DNA of 57,172 nucleotides from Actinomycetes bacterium (GCA_021791675.1 JAJYWE010000009.1:12329-69500); one strand, 5' to 3'. Counted from the stretch's first letter, positions 46,098-55,241 are shown. The notes: generated by a model from the letters alone, not told the origin. A program made the numbers and translations.

Positions 46098-47401
46098 GAA
46101 CGCTCTCCTCTCGTTGCGTCGACCGGACTCGTTGCCTCGACCGGACTCGTTGCCTCGACCGGACTCGGGGCGTCGACCGGACTCGGGGCGTCGCGCGGGT
46201 CGCGGGTGCCGGTTCCTGCGGTGGGAGCTGCCCCGACGGCCGGGGTTGCCCCAGCGGCGGGGGCTGTTCTCGCCGTCGGAGTTGCTCCGGCCGAGCGGGT
46301 GAGCAGGGGGTTCGGGCCGGCTCCCGGCGTGGTGACCGTAGTCGAGCGGGCGGCCGCCCCGCGCGGGGAGCGTTGCACCCGTCGGATGATGGCGAGTCCT
46401 ACCGTGACGAGCCAGAGCGAGGCCGTCGTGAGCTCGAGACCGTTCGCGAGCGACGCGACGACTCCGAGCCCGAGGATGCGGCCCGCTTCCGCGGTCCCGA
46501 GGGCGAGCACCCCGGTCGAGAAGGTCGGGGCCCAGGGCGGCGGCAGCGGGGGACGCCGGAGGGGGTTCCCCCGAGGAGCGAGCGTGGCGAGGGAGATCGC
46601 GAGTGCGACGAGCCCCGCGAGCGCGCCGATCCCCCACAGCCCCACCGTCACCGGCTGGAGCACGGCGTCGGGGTGGGGGGCCCCGACGACGCCGAAGTCC
46701 AACGCGACCTGGAGGCGTCCTGTTGCCGCCGCGGCCAGGCCGGCACATCCTGCGACGACCCACCACGACGCCCACGAGCGTCCCCCGAGCCCCCGCCGGG
46801 TGAGGGCCACCACCGCTGCGCCGAGCAGGACCAGGTACGCCACGACCCCGACTGCCCAGGCGAGCGCGGCGACCGCCGCGGCGAGCTGGGACGGGTTGAC
46901 CCAGCCCGGAATGCCGGCTCGCGCCTCCAGCAGGGTCGCGAGCGCGACCGAGAGGGCGAGCGGGGCAGCCGGCGCGAGGAACCACGTGCCGTCGAGGTCC
47001 TCGAGACCGACGTGGTCCCCGTCGTGCCGGTGCGTCCCGACCAGGATGCCTGCAAGCCCAGCCGTCGCCACGAGCGCGAGCACCGCGAGACCGGCACCGG
47101 CCCCACTCGCCCACGCCTCGAGCCCTGCCGCCGTCTGTGCCTCCGGCAAGAGCACGGTCGCAGTGGCGAGTGCACCGAGCGCCACCGGCACGCTGAACAG
47201 CCCGACGGAGTCCGCCGCACGACCTACCCGGAGCCCGCCGGCTGCTCCGAGGGCGAGTGCCGTCACGACAGCAACGCCGACGAGGAGCAGCCCGACCGGG
47301 CCGAGCCCGGCTGCCGTCGCCGTTCCCGCTGCGAGGGCCGTTGCCATCACCGGTCCGAAGGGGATCGGCCGGTCCTCGGGCGCGAGCGGAGGGTCCGGCA
47401 C
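46094..47401 (-). CDS. polytopic membrane protein, possibly TDT/TehA-like transporter
   Basis: About 10 hydrophobic segments. GTWFLAPAAPLALS resembles the TDT-family motif (weak call from memory). Repetitive SPV(D/E)A C-terminal tail. The stop overlaps the dppA-like start (GTGA). Confidence 0.55.
   Translation of the reverse strand: MPDPPLAPEDRPIPFGPVMATALAAGTATAAGLGPVGLLLVGVAVVTALALGAAGGLRVGRAADSVGLFSVPVALGALATATVLLPEAQTAAGLEAWASGAGAGLAVLALVATAGLAGILVGTHRHDGDHVGLEDLDGTWFLAPAAPLALSVALATLLEARAGIPGWVNPSQLAAAVAALAWAVGVVAYLVLLGAAVVALTRRGLGGRSWASWWVVAGCAGLAAAATGRLQVALDFGVVGAPHPDAVLQPVTVGLWGIGALAGLVALAISLATLAPRGNPLRRPPLPPPWAPTFSTGVLALGTAEAGRILGLGVVASLANGLELTTASLWLVTVGLAIIRRVQRSPRGAAARSTTVTTPGAGPNPLLTRSAGATPTARTAPAAGATPAVGAAPTAGTGTRDPRDAPSPVDAPSPVEATSPVEATSPVDATRGERS
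46119..46190. repeat. 18-bp tandem repeat x4 in the 3' end of the membrane-protein gene
   Basis: tcgaccggactcgttgcc x2, then tcgaccggactcggggcg x2. Confidence 0.85.
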
Positions 47402-47591
47402 GGAACGACCCTACCGACGCCGCTGACGCTGCAACGGTCGGCGCGTCCGACCTGGACGGTGAGGACTCGTGACAGGGAGCACTGACTCAGCTAGGCTTCC
47501 TTCGCCAAGGGCGGGCCGGCAGTGCCGCGCGCGCCGGCCGGGCCAGAACGCGCTGTCCCCGCCGAGGTCGGGCGGGACCGACTGCGAGGAG

Positions 47592-49040
47592 ATGCCTGTG
47601 CAGCTTCGCCACCTAGCGGCGGTGGCTTCCGTGGTTGCGATCGGGCTCGTCGTCGCCGAGGCGGCGGTGCCGTCTGCGAGCGGTTCGAGCCGAGGCCCGA
47701 GCCTCGCGACCGAGAAGGCCGAGGCGACCCGGCTCGCGAGCGAGCTCCAGCTCACGAGCAGTCGGATCGCGTCGCTGAACCGGACCTACGTGGGAGCCGA
47801 GATTGCCGCACGCCACGACAGCGAAGCGGCTGCGGCGAGCGGCCGCCTGGTCGCCGCAGACCGTCGCGCGGTGGCCGCGGCTGCGGTCGGGGTGCGCGCG
47901 CTCGCGACCGCGGCCTGGGAGTCCGGAGGCTCCTCGCTCGGCCTGATCGAGCAGCTCCTCGAGGTCACCGCACCGGGCTACGAGCTCCGCCTCGGGCTCC
48001 TCGAGTCCGCAGGGGCCTCCGAGCAGGCGGTGCTCGCGCACTGGGAGACCGCAGAGCGCCACCTCGCCACGGCGCACGCGCGCCTCGTCTCCGAGGAGCG
48101 CTCCGCCGACGCCGAGCTTCTCCGGGCTGAGCACGCGCTCAGCGGCGCCGAGGTCCAGGCGCAGGACCTCCAGCGCACGCTGGCCCAGGTCCACGGCACG
48201 ATGGCGAGGCTCGTGGCCGCCCAGCTCGCGGCGCAGGAAGCGCGGGCCGCACGCGCCGCGCGTGCTCGACACGCCGCCCTCGACCACGCGCCGGGCGCGC
48301 GCCGAACCGTCCTCCCGCGGGGCGCGACGCGGCCCACGACGAAGCGAACGACGAGGCGGACGACTGTGACGACGGCCCCGCCGGGGCCGCCCTCCGCCCC
48401 GGTCCCGACCACGGCGCCGCCGACGACCACCCCGCCGACGACGACCCCGCCGACCACGGCGCCGCCGACGACCACCCCGCCGACGACCACTCCGCCGACC
48501 ACGGCGCCCCCGACGACATCTCCCCCGACGACGCTGCCGGCGCCCCCACCCCCGAGTGGCTACGCCAACCCGCTGCGCTCGCTCGCAGCGCTGTACCCCG
48601 AGCGGATCGACCAGGGCGTGGACTACTCGGCCCTCGGCGACATCTATCCGATCGGCAACGGGGTCGTCCTCAACACCGTGAACGGCGGGTGGCCGAACGG
48701 GACCTTCATCACCTACCAGCTCCAAGACGGCCCGGCCGCCGGCCTCATCGTCTACGCGGCCGAGGACATCCAGCCGCTCGTGCAGGTCGGGCAGGAAGTC
48801 ACGCCCTCGACGCCGCTCGGGGTGGTCTTCGAGGGCGGGAGCGGCATCGAGACGGGTTGGGCCGCACCTCCGGGGAACGGCTACACCATGGCCGCGGAGG
48901 CGGGCCAGTTCGACGGGTCGAACTCCACGGCCTTCGGCGCCAACTTCTCCCAGCTCCTCGTCTCGCTCGGCGCACCGGGCGGGATCCTCCAGAACAACCC
49001 GCCGACGGGAAGCCTGCCGGCGGGCTGGCCGACCTGGTAA
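47592..49040 (+). CDS. secreted coiled-coil protein with C-terminal LytM/M23-like domain lacking the catalytic His residues
   Basis: ATG 47592 follows GAGGAG. Signal-like LAAVASVVAIGLVVAEAAVPSASG, ~230 aa of heptad-like Ala/Glu/Arg/Leu sequence and a PTT-rich linker. The C-terminal block is DQGVDYSALGDIYPIGNGVV...VQVGQEVTPSTPLGVV. Confidence 0.6.
   Translation: MPVQLRHLAAVASVVAIGLVVAEAAVPSASGSSRGPSLATEKAEATRLASELQLTSSRIASLNRTYVGAEIAARHDSEAAAASGRLVAADRRAVAAAAVGVRALATAAWESGGSSLGLIEQLLEVTAPGYELRLGLLESAGASEQAVLAHWETAERHLATAHARLVSEERSADAELLRAEHALSGAEVQAQDLQRTLAQVHGTMARLVAAQLAAQEARAARAARARHAALDHAPGARRTVLPRGATRPTTKRTTRRTTVTTAPPGPPSAPVPTTAPPTTTPPTTTPPTTAPPTTTPPTTTPPTTAPPTTSPPTTLPAPPPPSGYANPLRSLAALYPERIDQGVDYSALGDIYPIGNGVVLNTVNGGWPNGTFITYQLQDGPAAGLIVYAAEDIQPLVQVGQEVTPSTPLGVVFEGGSGIETGWAAPPGNGYTMAAEAGQFDGSNSTAFGANFSQLLVSLGAPGGILQNNPPTGSLPAGWPTW
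48417..48535. repeat. 45-bp tandem repeat x2 plus a partial unit, encoding the PPTTTPPTTTPPTTA linker
   Basis: Units at 48417-48461 and 48462-48506, nearly identical. Confidence 0.8.
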
Positions 49041-49043
49041 GAG

Positions 49044-49097
49044 GGCTCCGGCCGGTCAGGCGGCTCCGGCCGGTCAGGCGGCTCCGGCCGGTCAGGC
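49044..49097. repeat. 18-bp perfect tandem repeat x3 at the convergent junction
   Basis: ggctccggccggtcaggc x3. The third unit contains the M20 gene stop codon (tca at 49092-49094 on the + strand). Confidence 0.9.
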
Positions 49098-50294
49098 GGC
49101 CCGGAGGGCTTCCGCCCGGGCGCGCAGCCCCGAGCGCCGCGCCGGGTCCGTCGCGAGGTCGATCGCCGTCCAGGCCATGGCGAGCGCGCCCTCGAGCACG
49201 GCCTGGTCTGCGCTCGGACTTGCGCAGGCCGCGGTGAAGGCAGCTTGGTGGTTGACGGCGCCCCGGGCATCGATCCCGAGCATGGGATGGATCGCCGGGA
49301 TCGCGAGCGACACGTTCGCCATGTCGGTCGACCCACCCGGGCGCAGGTCCGTCCGTTCCGGGAACTGCCGCCCGAGCGCGACCGCGTTGCGGACGTAGAG
49401 CTCCGACATCGCAGCGTCGGCGAGGAACTCCGAGTAGCGGGGGGAGAGCTCGACCACCTCCAGGCTCGCCCCGGTTGCAAGGGAGCCTGCCTCGAAGCAG
49501 TTCCGGAGGCGTGGCACCAGGGCCGAGAGTCGAGCAAGGGTGGGTGAGCGCGCGAGGAAGATGCCCTCGGTCTCGCCGGGGATGACGTTCGGGGCGTCGC
49601 CGCCATGGGTGACGATCCCGTGCACCTGGTCGCCGGCCGGCAGGTGCTGGCGGAGCAGGCCGAGCGCGACCTGCGAGATCGTGAGCGCGTCACCGGCGTT
49701 CACCGCTTCCTCGGGGAACATCGACGCGTGGGACTCCCGTCCGTGGAAGCGCATCGCGAGGTGTGCGACCGCGAGCGTCTGCATCTGGACGACCTCCACG
49801 GGGGCCGGGTGGACCATCATCGCCCCGTCGAGACCGTCGAAGACCCCTCGCTCGAGCATGAGGACCTTGCCTCCGCCACCCTCTTCGGCGGGGGTCCCGA
49901 GCACGGAGAGCGAGAGGTCGAGCTCCTCGGCGAGGGGGGCCAGCGCAAGGCCGGCCCCGACGGCCGCAGCGGCGATGACGTTGTGGCCGCAGGCGTGGCC
50001 GATCTCCGGGAGCGCGTCGTACTCGGCGCAGATCGCGAGCGCGAGCGGCCGCTCCGGACCGCTGCCCGGCGGGCTGCCGGCGGTGGCGGTGAGTGCCGTC
50101 GGGAGATCGGCTACCCCGGCGTGGACGGCGAAACCGGCTCGTTCGAGCGCCTCGCCGACCCGTGCCGCCGACTCGTGCTCCTCGAAGGCGAGCTCCGGGT
50201 GCGCGTGGATGGCGTGCGAGAGCGCGAGCAGCTGCTCGGACGCGCCGAGCACGGCGGCTCGGGCTCGCTCCTTGAGAGGGGTGGCGTCGGCCAT
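49092..50294 (-). CDS. M20 family amidohydrolase/peptidase (M20D, AbgB-like)
   Basis: HAHPELAFEEHESA, HACGHNVIAAAAVG and GTPAEEGGGGK. Confidence 0.85.
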   Translation of the reverse strand: MADATPLKERARAAVLGASEQLLALSHAIHAHPELAFEEHESAARVGEALERAGFAVHAGVADLPTALTATAGSPPGSGPERPLALAICAEYDALPEIGHACGHNVIAAAAVGAGLALAPLAEELDLSLSVLGTPAEEGGGGKVLMLERGVFDGLDGAMMVHPAPVEVVQMQTLAVAHLAMRFHGRESHASMFPEEAVNAGDALTISQVALGLLRQHLPAGDQVHGIVTHGGDAPNVIPGETEGIFLARSPTLARLSALVPRLRNCFEAGSLATGASLEVVELSPRYSEFLADAAMSELYVRNAVALGRQFPERTDLRPGGSTDMANVSLAIPAIHPMLGIDARGAVNHQAAFTAACASPSADQAVLEGALAMAWTAIDLATDPARRSGLRARAEALRAA

Positions 50295-50339
50295 GCGGTC
50301 ATTCTGGTTGCTGCGGCGTTCGCTGCCGTCCGAGCCTGT

Positions 50340-51464
50340 TCAGCGCAGCACCAGGGCCGCGACGAACAGCGCGTAGCCCGCCACGACGATCCCGCCACTG
50401 AGCCGGGTGAGGCGCCGGCGCGGGAAGGCGAGCGCGACCACGACGAGCGTGAGCACGAGCCCGGCCGCCGCTGCGACGACACCGCCCCCCCCGCCCGAGC
50501 CGAGCCCGAGGATGGCGGCCGGGAGGAGGAAGCCGAAGAGCGCGTTGAGGGCGTTCGAGTTGAAGGCCTCGCTCGCGAGGGCAGGACCACGACCCTGGCG
50601 CGCAAGGTGCAGCGCAGCGACCACGTTGGGCAGGCTCGTGATCGCGGCCAGCCCGACGTTCCCGACGAGGACCGTCGGGATCCCGAGGTGGTGCCCGAGC
50701 GAGCTCGCGGCCTGGACCATTGCCGCACTCGCGAGCACGACCGTGGCCAGCAGCGGGAGCAGGAGCCAGGCGCCGCGCCGGCCGCCGGCCGGGTAGCCGT
50801 GCGGGGGCCAGCCCGGCGCAGGCTGGTCGGGAGAAGGTTGGCCGAGCGCGGGGTGGTCGATCGCAGGGTCGCCGGGCGCGGGCTGGTCCGGAGGCGGTTG
50901 CCCGGGCACCTCCCGCTCGCTCTGTGCTCGTCTGGCGTGTTCTTCGTCGAGCTCCTCGACCGCGCCCGCCAGGGGCTCGTCGAGCCGGCGGGCGAGCCGC
51001 CAGCGGCGAATGCGCTCCGGGGCCTGTGCCGCGAGAAGCACGTAGGCGGCGAGGACGGTAGCGCCGCCGGCCAGTGCGAGGCCGGGCGCGATGGCCCTCG
51101 CGACGACCGCCTGCGCAAGCCCTCCGGTCAGGAGGGCGATCCCGCCCGAGAGGGCGAGTGCTCGGCGCCCGAGCCCGATCGTGCCCGCCACGAGACAGGA
51201 CAGCCCGATGAGGGCTGCGAGGTTGAAGACGTTCGAGCCGAGGATGACCCCGACGCCGAGGTCGGGGTTGTGCTCCACGAGCGCGACGACCGCCGAGGAG
51301 ATCTCCGGCGCATCCGCCGCCAGCGCGGTGAGGAGCCCGATGAGCGCCTCGCTGAGGCCGAGATGGGCACCCAAGCGATCCAGCCGGCGCACGAGCGATT
51401 GGCTCGCGCGAATGGAGACCGCCGCGCCGACCGCGAGCACGAGGGCACCGACGAGGGCGCTCAC
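50340..51464 (-). CDS. Ca2+/cation antiporter (CaCA, YrbG-like) family membrane protein
   Basis: Two alpha-repeat-like regions (LAADAPEISS...GSNVFNLAALIGL and ITSLPNVVAAL...NSNALNALFG), separated by a Pro-rich cytoplasmic loop. Confidence 0.75.
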   Translation of the reverse strand: MSALVGALVLAVGAAVSIRASQSLVRRLDRLGAHLGLSEALIGLLTALAADAPEISSAVVALVEHNPDLGVGVILGSNVFNLAALIGLSCLVAGTIGLGRRALALSGGIALLTGGLAQAVVARAIAPGLALAGGATVLAAYVLLAAQAPERIRRWRLARRLDEPLAGAVEELDEEHARRAQSEREVPGQPPPDQPAPGDPAIDHPALGQPSPDQPAPGWPPHGYPAGGRRGAWLLLPLLATVVLASAAMVQAASSLGHHLGIPTVLVGNVGLAAITSLPNVVAALHLARQGRGPALASEAFNSNALNALFGFLLPAAILGLGSGGGGGVVAAAAGLVLTLVVVALAFPRRRLTRLSGGIVVAGYALFVAALVLR

Positions 51465-51477
51465 CCGCCGGGGTCGC

Positions 51478-53298
51478 TCAGTCGATGACCGCCACGACGT
51501 CGCCCCCGCCGACGGTGTCGCCCGGAGCGACGCGCACCTCCTTCACGATCCCGGCCCGCTCCGCCGTGATCGCGTTCTCCATCTTCATCGCCTCGAGCAC
51601 GCAGACCGTCTGGCCGACTTCGACCTCGTCACCGGGGCTGACGAGGACCTTCACGATGGTTCCCTGCATGGGGACGGTGACGGCGGCATCGCCGGTCCCG
51701 CCTCCTCCGTCTGCGGCGCGCGGCGCGGGCCGGCCGCCAGCCGAGCGGGCGGTCGGCCGAGCGTCCGCCCCCCGGCTCCCCGTGGCACGGGGGACCGGGG
51801 GGTCGGGATCGGTCGCCGGGACCCAGAGGCGAACCTGGTAGCGCCGGCCGTCGACCTCGGCCTCCACCTCTCGGAGCTGGCGTCCCTCGCTCGTGCTGCC
51901 GGCGGGGGGCGCGCTGCCAGTCGCTTCGGCGGGGGTCCGGGGAGAGCTGACCTCCGAGAGGTCGAGGTTCTCCTCCACCCAGCGGGTGGAGTGGCGTACC
52001 GCAGCGAAGTCGGGGTGGGACAGGATGGCGACCTGCGCGGGGATGGTGGTGGAGATGCCCTCGATGCGGGTCTCGCGCAGCGCACGTAGCATGCGCCGGC
52101 GGGCCGCCTCGCGGGTGGGACCCCACACCACCAGCTTCGCGACCAGGTTGTCGAAGAACTGGCTCACGGTGTCCCCGGCCTCGTAGCCGGCGTCGGTACG
52201 CACCCCCGGGCCGTCCGCGCGATCGAAGCGGGTGATGGTGCCGGGGCTCGGCAGGAACCGGCCCTTCGCGGGGTCTTCGGCGTTGAGCCGGCACTCGATC
52301 GCGTGGCCCCGTGGCGCGAGGTCCTCGGCGCGGACCGGGAGCGGCTCTCCCGCGGCGACGGCAAGCTGGAGCGCGACCAGGTCGAGTCCGAGGACCTCCT
52401 CCGTCACCGGGTGCTCCACCTGCAGACGGGTGTTCATCTCGAGGAAGTAGAACTCGCCATCCTGGTAGAGGAACTCGACGGTGCCTGCGCCTCGGTAGCC
52501 GCAGGCGAGCGCGACGTCGACGGCAGCCTGGCCCATCGCCCGGCGGACCTCGTCGGAGAGCCCCGGTGCGGGGCTCTCCTCGACCAGCTTCTGGTGGCGC
52601 CGTTGGCACGAGCAGTCGCGCTCACCGAGGGAGAGCGCGTTCCCGTGGGCATCTGCGAACACCTGCACCTCGACGTGGCGCGGCCAGACCAGGTACCGCT
52701 CGAGGTAGCACTCCGGGCGGCCGAAGGCGGCCTGGGACTCTCGTTGGGCAGACTCGAGCGCTGCCTCGGCGTCCGCCGGACGCTCGACGACCCGCATCCC
52801 GCGCCCGCCCCCACCGAAGGCCGCCTTGATCGCAACCGGCCAGCCGTGCTCGTCCCCGAAGGCGACGATCTCAGCCGGGTCCGTCGTCGGGGTGGTGGTG
52901 CCCGGGACGCCGGCGACGCCGGCCGCCTGGGCGGCGACCCGAGCGGAGATCTTGTCCCCCATGACCTCGATCGCACTCGCTGGGGGTCCGACGAAGACCT
53001 TCCCAGCTTCTTCGACGGCACGGGCGAACGAGGCGTTCTCGGAGAGGAACCCGTAGCCGGGATGGACAGCCGTCGCGCCGGAACGCTCGAGGATGGCGAG
53101 CAGCTTCGCCTGGTCGAGGTAGGTCTCCGCCGCGCTCGTGCCCGGGAGGGCGTAGGCCTCGTCGGCCTCCCGGACCCACACACCCGCACGGTCCCCGTCT
53201 GCGTAGACGGCGACGGTCGGTATCTCGAGCTCGCGCGCGGTCCTGATCACCCGCAGGGCGATCTCGCCCCGGTTGGCTACGAGCAGCTTGTCGAACAC
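51478..53298 (-). CDS. acetyl/propionyl-CoA carboxylase alpha subunit (biotin carboxylase + BCCP)
   Basis: N-terminal MFDKLLVANRGEIALRVIRTAREL, an ATP-grasp core and a C-terminal biotinyl motif VLEAMKMEN. Confidence 0.95.
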   Translation of the reverse strand: MFDKLLVANRGEIALRVIRTARELEIPTVAVYADGDRAGVWVREADEAYALPGTSAAETYLDQAKLLAILERSGATAVHPGYGFLSENASFARAVEEAGKVFVGPPASAIEVMGDKISARVAAQAAGVAGVPGTTTPTTDPAEIVAFGDEHGWPVAIKAAFGGGGRGMRVVERPADAEAALESAQRESQAAFGRPECYLERYLVWPRHVEVQVFADAHGNALSLGERDCSCQRRHQKLVEESPAPGLSDEVRRAMGQAAVDVALACGYRGAGTVEFLYQDGEFYFLEMNTRLQVEHPVTEEVLGLDLVALQLAVAAGEPLPVRAEDLAPRGHAIECRLNAEDPAKGRFLPSPGTITRFDRADGPGVRTDAGYEAGDTVSQFFDNLVAKLVVWGPTREAARRRMLRALRETRIEGISTTIPAQVAILSHPDFAAVRHSTRWVEENLDLSEVSSPRTPAEATGSAPPAGSTSEGRQLREVEAEVDGRRYQVRLWVPATDPDPPVPRATGSRGADARPTARSAGGRPAPRAADGGGGTGDAAVTVPMQGTIVKVLVSPGDEVEVGQTVCVLEAMKMENAITAERAGIVKEVRVAPGDTVGGGDVVAVID

Positions 53299-53462
53299 GA
53301 CTCCCCTTCCGTCCCTCGTATCGTTAGCGCGCCCGAGCGCACTGGCGCCACTGCGAGCGGCTCGCCGCTCGACTCCCGTCGTCTGTCCGTCCGCCTCGCT
53401 CCCGGTCCGACTCTCGCCGACCTCGGGTCGGCCTCGCGTCGCCCGGGGGTGCCCTCCCTACC

Positions 53463-54338
53463 ATGGGCCGGGTGACGGTACCGCCCGCTGGCTTCGCCGT
53501 GGTGCGCTTCGACGGTATCGACTCGACCAACCGAGAGGTGGCGGAGCGAGCTCGCACCGGCGCGCCGGCTGGGTTGGTGGTCGTCGCCGACCACCAGACG
53601 GCGGGGCGGGGTCGCCTTGGTCGCTCCTGGAGTGACGAGCCCGGCAGCTCGCTGCTCGTGTCGATCCTGCTGCGGCCCGAGCTCGAGGCGTCGGCGCTGT
53701 TCGTCGCGACCGCGGTGGTGGCGCTCGCGCTCTCGGACGCCTGCCACGCCTGCGCCGGGGTGCGCCCGGCGCTCAAGTGGCCGAACGACCTGCTCCTCGG
53801 GGACCGGAAGGTGGCCGGGGTGCTGAGCGAGGTGCTCTGGCCACCCGTCTCGGGCGGCCCCGGGCCGGCGGTTGTCGTCGGGACCGGCTGCAACGTCACC
53901 GGTGGACCGCCGCCGGGCACGGCGGGAACCGCGACGACCCTCGAGGCGGCCTCGGGACGTCGAGTCGAGCGCGACGAGCTGCTCGACGCGTTCCTCGCCG
54001 GTCTCGCCCCGCGCCTCGTCCAGCTCGGTTCCCGTGACGGACTTCCTGCGCAGCTCGGGGAGTACCGGCGTCGTTGCGCGACCCTCGGAAGGCGGGTTGC
54101 CGTCGAGTGGCCGGACGGACGGAAGGAGGTCGGCCTCGCCACCGGGCTGGCCGACGACGGGCGCCTCGTCGTCACGGCCGACGACGGCAGCTGCCGAGCC
54201 GTGGCCGCTGCGGACGTCACCCATCTGCACCTGCTGGCACCTCCGGATGGCCGTCCCGAGGAGCCGGCTCGCCCGCCGCGGCGGTCCGCGGGCTCGACGC
54301 CACCCGCCCGTCCCCCTCGGCGAACGGGCGGAGGCTGA
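53463..54338 (+). CDS. birA: biotin--[acetyl-CoA-carboxylase] ligase (group I, no N-terminal HTH)
   Basis: GRGRLGRSW motif, KWPNDLL and a C-terminal SH3-like end ...VAAADVTHLH. A ~35-aa Pro/Arg tail follows. Confidence 0.88.
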   Translation: MGRVTVPPAGFAVVRFDGIDSTNREVAERARTGAPAGLVVVADHQTAGRGRLGRSWSDEPGSSLLVSILLRPELEASALFVATAVVALALSDACHACAGVRPALKWPNDLLLGDRKVAGVLSEVLWPPVSGGPGPAVVVGTGCNVTGGPPPGTAGTATTLEAASGRRVERDELLDAFLAGLAPRLVQLGSRDGLPAQLGEYRRRCATLGRRVAVEWPDGRKEVGLATGLADDGRLVVTADDGSCRAVAAADVTHLHLLAPPDGRPEEPARPPRRSAGSTPPARPPRRTGGG

Positions 54339-55137
54339 AGCGGTAGCGCGCGAAGGCCTCCCCGCTCGCGCTCTCCACGGCACCGGCCGGCGCCCAGCCG
54401 AGGTGCTCGTAGAACTCGGCAGCGGACGAGCCGGCCTCGGTCACGAGCTCGACCGCGTCGCAGCCCGCCGCCGCGGCCTGCTCGAGGGCCGCCGCCACGA
54501 GCAGGCGTCCCGCCCCGCTGCCCCGGCGGTTCGCGTCCACGACGACGTGGGTGATCTCTCCCACCCGTTCCCCTGGCGCCGCGGCGACGCCATCCTGTCG
54601 GGTTGCGGTCGCTTCGCCGGGGGAGTGCCCGCCAGGTGCGACGAGGCGGACCACCCCTCGGGCGTACCGGAGGAGGCGGGTGCGGACCAGCTCCCGGCGG
54701 AACGTCCCCACGGTGAGGGCGGCGATCGCGAGGCCGCGTGCGAGTGCCGGTGCGCCCCGGCGGAGCATGGCACGGTGGTGGCTCCCGGGATCGGACGAGC
54801 CGAGGAGTGCGCCGACGACCAGGCCGTCGTCGTCCATGGCAACGAGCGCGATCGCTCCGGGTGCGGCCGCCCAGGCCCGGTAGTAGGGGACGAGGAGTGC
54901 CGGTCCACCTCGGGCGATGAACTGGAGCGTGGCCAGCTGCTCATGCAGCGCGGCGGCGGCGAGCACCTGGCCAGCTCCGAGTGTCCGGACCTCGACGGTG
55001 GACGACCGCGCTCCGCCCGACGACCCGCCTCCGCCCGACGACCCGCCTCCGCCCGACGACTCAGATCCCCCCGACGACTGCGCTCCGCCCGATCTGCCTT
55101 CGCCCGCCACGCTCGTCGCCCTCCTCCTCGCCGCCAC
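54217..55137 (-). CDS. GNAT family N-acetyltransferase with Gly/Ser-repeat N-terminus
   Basis: Motif A VVVDANRRGSGAGRLLV and EFYEHLGW. GTG start at 55137. The only in-frame Val codons before the domain are GTC, so the repeat appears to be translated. Confidence 0.7.
   Translation of the reverse strand: MAARRRATSVAGEGRSGGAQSSGGSESSGGGGSSGGGGSSGGARSSTVEVRTLGAGQVLAAAALHEQLATLQFIARGGPALLVPYYRAWAAAPGAIALVAMDDDGLVVGALLGSSDPGSHHRAMLRRGAPALARGLAIAALTVGTFRRELVRTRLLRYARGVVRLVAPGGHSPGEATATRQDGVAAAPGERVGEITHVVVDANRRGSGAGRLLVAAALEQAAAAGCDAVELVTEAGSSAAEFYEHLGWAPAGAVESASGEAFARYRFSLRPFAEGDGRVASSPRTAAAGEPAPRDGHPEVPAGADG
55013..55092. repeat. 18-bp tandem repeat (about 4.5 units) encoding SSGGGG-type repeats on the - strand
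   Basis: ccgcccgacgacccgcct x2, followed by progressively diverged units. Confidence 0.8.
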
Positions 55138-55241
55138 GACCCCTCGGGACCAGCACCTGGCGCGCCCTCGACGTTAGGCGAGCCCGGGGCTTCCCTGGGG
55201 GGTGCGCGCGACGGGGGACCTCGGGGGCGCAGAATGTCTCC

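Noticed and set aside
46119-55092. Tandem repeat arrays (46119, 48417, 49044, 55013; also 110 and 4861) as CRISPR arrays
   Set aside because: The units are contiguous with no unique spacers. Periods are 18-51 bp, most lie inside coding sequence, and there are no cas genes.
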